From NCBI RefSeq assembly GCF_009914755.1, contig NC_060935.1: a stretch of 64,000 bases of DNA. One strand, given 5' to 3'. Shown here piece by piece: positions 60,683-64,000 of the stretch (position 1 is its first letter; the number at the start of each line of letters is the position of its first letter). This stretch comes from the human T2T-CHM13v2.0 reference genome, Homo sapiens. Position numbers and translations under genes: made by a program. A model generated the notes under the pieces. The model did no database searches. It was not told the origin of the DNA and saw only the letters and a list, made by a program, of their open reading frames with translations.

Positions 60683-63429
60683 CTAGGGTGCCTATACTTA
60701 CATTTCTTTTTCCTTAAGACAACAGTTTTAAAATTTTATTTATGAACTTTCCGTGGGTAAAGAAGTGAAGTGAGCCTTTCTTAGTTTCCCATATCATTAA
60801 TGGCCCCCATATATGTTGTTGTCCAGCATTTTCTGTAGCTCCTTTTCAGCATTAGTCTCATATTGATGCATTTTTAAATCAGAAATAAATTATGAATGCA
60901 CACAGCAAAAAGTTGAATGGATTTCTTTGCCATATCTTTTAACATTTTCTTTTCTTCCTGACTGCTTACATTCTGGTATGGCTAATACGTTGCTTCAAAC
61001 TCATAACCTAGCCATCTAAAGTCACATACTGTCTTGTGAAATACAATGTCTTTATCCAGGAGTGGTTAGTAACCTGACTGTGTTCCAACTTCATTTTGCC
61101 CTGCACTTTCACTTAGGGTGACTAAGCAGCGCATGATCTTCCATCGTTTTATTGCATGGTCTGGGTCCTTGTGCATCATTCTGTCAGCTACGACTGCTGG
61201 ACTCACTGTACAATTCCCACAAGTGTGTTAAAGCCCAAATCCAATAGTGTTAAGGACCTCCAATTCCTGACATCTTCCGTCGTCTCATTTTTAAACAAAA
61301 TAGTCAATAGCCTTGGTGTCATTGACTTTGCCTTCCTCTGTTGTTCCAATGTTGTTCCAAAATTGCTCTGAAACCTTCCACCAAGCTTACAGTACTTAAT
61401 CATCAGCGAATTCTTCATAAATGTCAGTGGGAAACCCATCAGCTCTAAGAGATTTTCTTTATCTCCATAGCCTTTATGAGGCTTCTTACCCCTCAGGCAC
61501 TGATTTTTGCCCCTTACAACCTCAATTTCTTCTTCTTAGTAGCATCTCAGGCAGAACAGGGATGGGCTTCTCCATTTCTTCTTTGCTCCTCATGTCTGTC
61601 TTCCCCTTGGGGAAGCCCATTCTTATCATTCACAGTAATCCTTGACTTTTCACACAATTAACATACTTTCTTAGGGAGCTGGAAAAATCACTGTCAAAAG
61701 TCCCTTTGCCATAATTCTTTTTGGTAAAATAGTACACATTTTTGTATTGTTTTCTTTCTGAAATAGTCTTCTCCACTGTGTATCATTCCACCTAGGTCAA
61801 TTGAGCATCTATTTGTCAGAGATTTATTGATGGCATGCGGAATACATGAGGAGTGTAAGATTTTTTGGCTCCAAATATAATTTTTCTCCTTGTTTTAGGC
61901 AATTGTGAGGTCACAAAAAATTGTAGAAAGAGTTTATTCTACAACTTGCCATTAAGGGATGCCCTCAGAGCAGTTCTCTTTGTGGTTTCCAGGAATGCAT
62001 TAAGCTTAAGGTGAAGATAATCTGCCTCAGCATTCAATATAAGAGTATCATTAACACTCTGAGTGCTGCTGTGGGCTCTTCCTAGATGCATGTGCCTTTC
62101 AGAACAGACTGGGATTTCAGAACTGCTGAGAGAACCTCAGGCTGCTGGAGAAATTCTGTAATGTCTCATGAGAAACAGAGTGCACAAGCTCCTTTCCCCT
62201 TTCTCTTCCTCTCCGTTCCCTGCAGTGGTTTCCCTAGGTTCAGCAAATGCACATCTCTCTGGGAGTTTTGTTTCCATGGGAGTTGAAAATAAGCACTCCA
62301 AAGGTGAATGCTCGCCCAGTTTACAGTCAGTATGACCATTGCTTCTATTCAAATATCCCTAGATAATAATAATTCAGCACAGGGCTCCTCCAGGGGAATG
62401 CTGTGCTTCCAGCAAATCTGTAATTTACAAAACAGTCACCTGAGTTTTAAAAAGATAATTTGAAAATATTCAGAAAAACGATGCCTGTCTCCCACAAATG
62501 TTAGATTTGGAGCATTACAACTCATCTGTGCTTGGTGCCTTTATTTAGTTTACTTGGTTTAGTTTACTTATTAGTTCATTTGTTTTAGTTTAATAACTAA
62601 TAATAACTACTTATTCACTTGGTTTTCGTTTTTGCTGTGCATATCACTTGCTTAACAAGGAAAAAGATTATGTGTCTCCTTCCTGGAAGTGGACTTCTCT
62701 GCCAGGCAAAGATGAGATGACATTTTGGGTGATTTTTAGACAGCAGAAATCAACATGACTAAAAATTTGGTCATTTTAGTTGCTCTTATTTAATAAATCC
62801 CCAAAGAGAAAACATTAGTTCCTGCATGTCCCTCTTCCCTCTGTTGACACCATTTATAGGTAGTCATTTAGGGAACATCTCTTCTGGATACTAGTTTTGA
62901 TAATTTCTTCCATCCAAAAAGAGTAGTCCTTAAGCAATTCTTGGTATATGGTATATCCTGTAGCTCTGTCTGACTTAGGAACAGCATGAAAAAAATTGTA
63001 TATACTTGGTATATTTATTCTAGGAGCTTTTAATTCAAGATGTACAGTAATGTAAGAAACTCAGTCAACATGATATCTATGGCTAAATGAAGGCTTCTCT
63101 GCCAAAACACAATGGTAATGTGAGATTAATGTGGAGCCGGTGCAAGTTGGGAGAGTAGCTATGCATAATAAGTGACTATTTGGGATAGTGCATTTATTAG
63201 GGCAGACTAAGTGCTTTGACAAAGATAACCCACACTGCTCATTGTGTTTCCAGCATCCACGGGCCAGGAAACTCAACAGAAGTTCTTTCCTGGAACAACT
63301 GTGGGGCCTGCTTTATTTCTCTGCATATATCTCTGGCCCCTGTGTCTCTCTCTGTCAAGGTGATGCTGAGAACCTTGAGGCTATCTGGAATAATAATCCT
63401 GTGTGGAAGCTCCACTCTTAATTAGGTTC

Positions 63430-64000
63430 AAACTACAAAGCTCTGCCACTTTGCTTAACTGAGAAATTTTAGTAGACATTTGTGGCTCAAAGGCTTTTAA
63501 AGTCTTATTTCACATTGTCCTCCAGAATCTGTTTCCAACCTGTGCGACTCCAAATTTCTGATACTTTAATTCTGTTTCTTTTTGTGTGCAAACCAGCTAA
63601 TTTTATCTTGAACTCATCTTTCTTGCAATACCTTGCCAAACACAGTGAGGGAAGAGCAACATATGCTAGCATTCTGGCTCTTTCCTGCTACTTCCCTGAG
63701 AAGCACGGGCTCAGTAGGCACTTGGTCTGCCTTCCACGTTAACAAGGGTGACAGTTTTACCAAATGTTTCACTACAGCAGAGCAGCAATTTCCAGCTTGC
63801 TAGGCCTGTTTCCTCAGTGTCTACCACAAAACTGCTAAGCTGGTGTCAGATATTTTAGACATTTTTTTTTTTTTGTCAGCATCTACTTCAAGGCTTTGAC
63901 TTCTGTATTGGTTAGGGTAACGTTAGCTGCTGCAACAAACAAATTCCAACATTGAATGGCACAACAAAACAAATGTTTATTTTTCCCTATACATAAATTC
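63430..64000 (-). mobile_element. MaLR internal segment plus LTR, cut by window end
   Basis: Junction-like ttctgtattggttaggg ~63900; ggcacaacaaaacaaatgtttattt. Confidence 0.5.

Overview
Primate (human-like) non-coding genomic DNA, intergenic or deep-intronic. I can support no intact protein-coding exon; the ORF track is explained by Alu, L1, LTR and random ORFs. The window is dense in interspersed repeats: about 20 Alu pieces, L1PA/L1M, L2, MIR, ERV1 and MaLR LTRs, and the MITEs MER5A, MER53 and MER85. Subfamily calls come from my recall of consensus sequences, not from a search. It also holds a decayed, intronless coding-like sequence on the minus strand (~18.3-19.2 kb, parent gene not identified) and two CpG-retaining candidate regulatory regions (~33.2-33.8 kb and ~47.5-48.5 kb). 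The most striking feature is at 29031-29542: a single TSD-flanked retroinsertion made of a 5-nt leader plus exactly the 37-nt 5' exon of intron-containing tRNA-Tyr(GTA), fused to an L1PA15/16-like 3' end. It is a candidate fossil of a pre-tRNA splicing intermediate ligated to L1 RNA (TSEN/RTCB chemistry) and then retrotransposed. Other notable structure: a three-level L1-in-L1-in-L1 nest with intact TSDs, Alu-in-Alu nests, a 170-bp templated non-tandem duplication, an old ~280-bp dispersed duplication, a quasi-palindrome template-switch mutation, and a MER85 with an intact PGBD3-binding palindrome.
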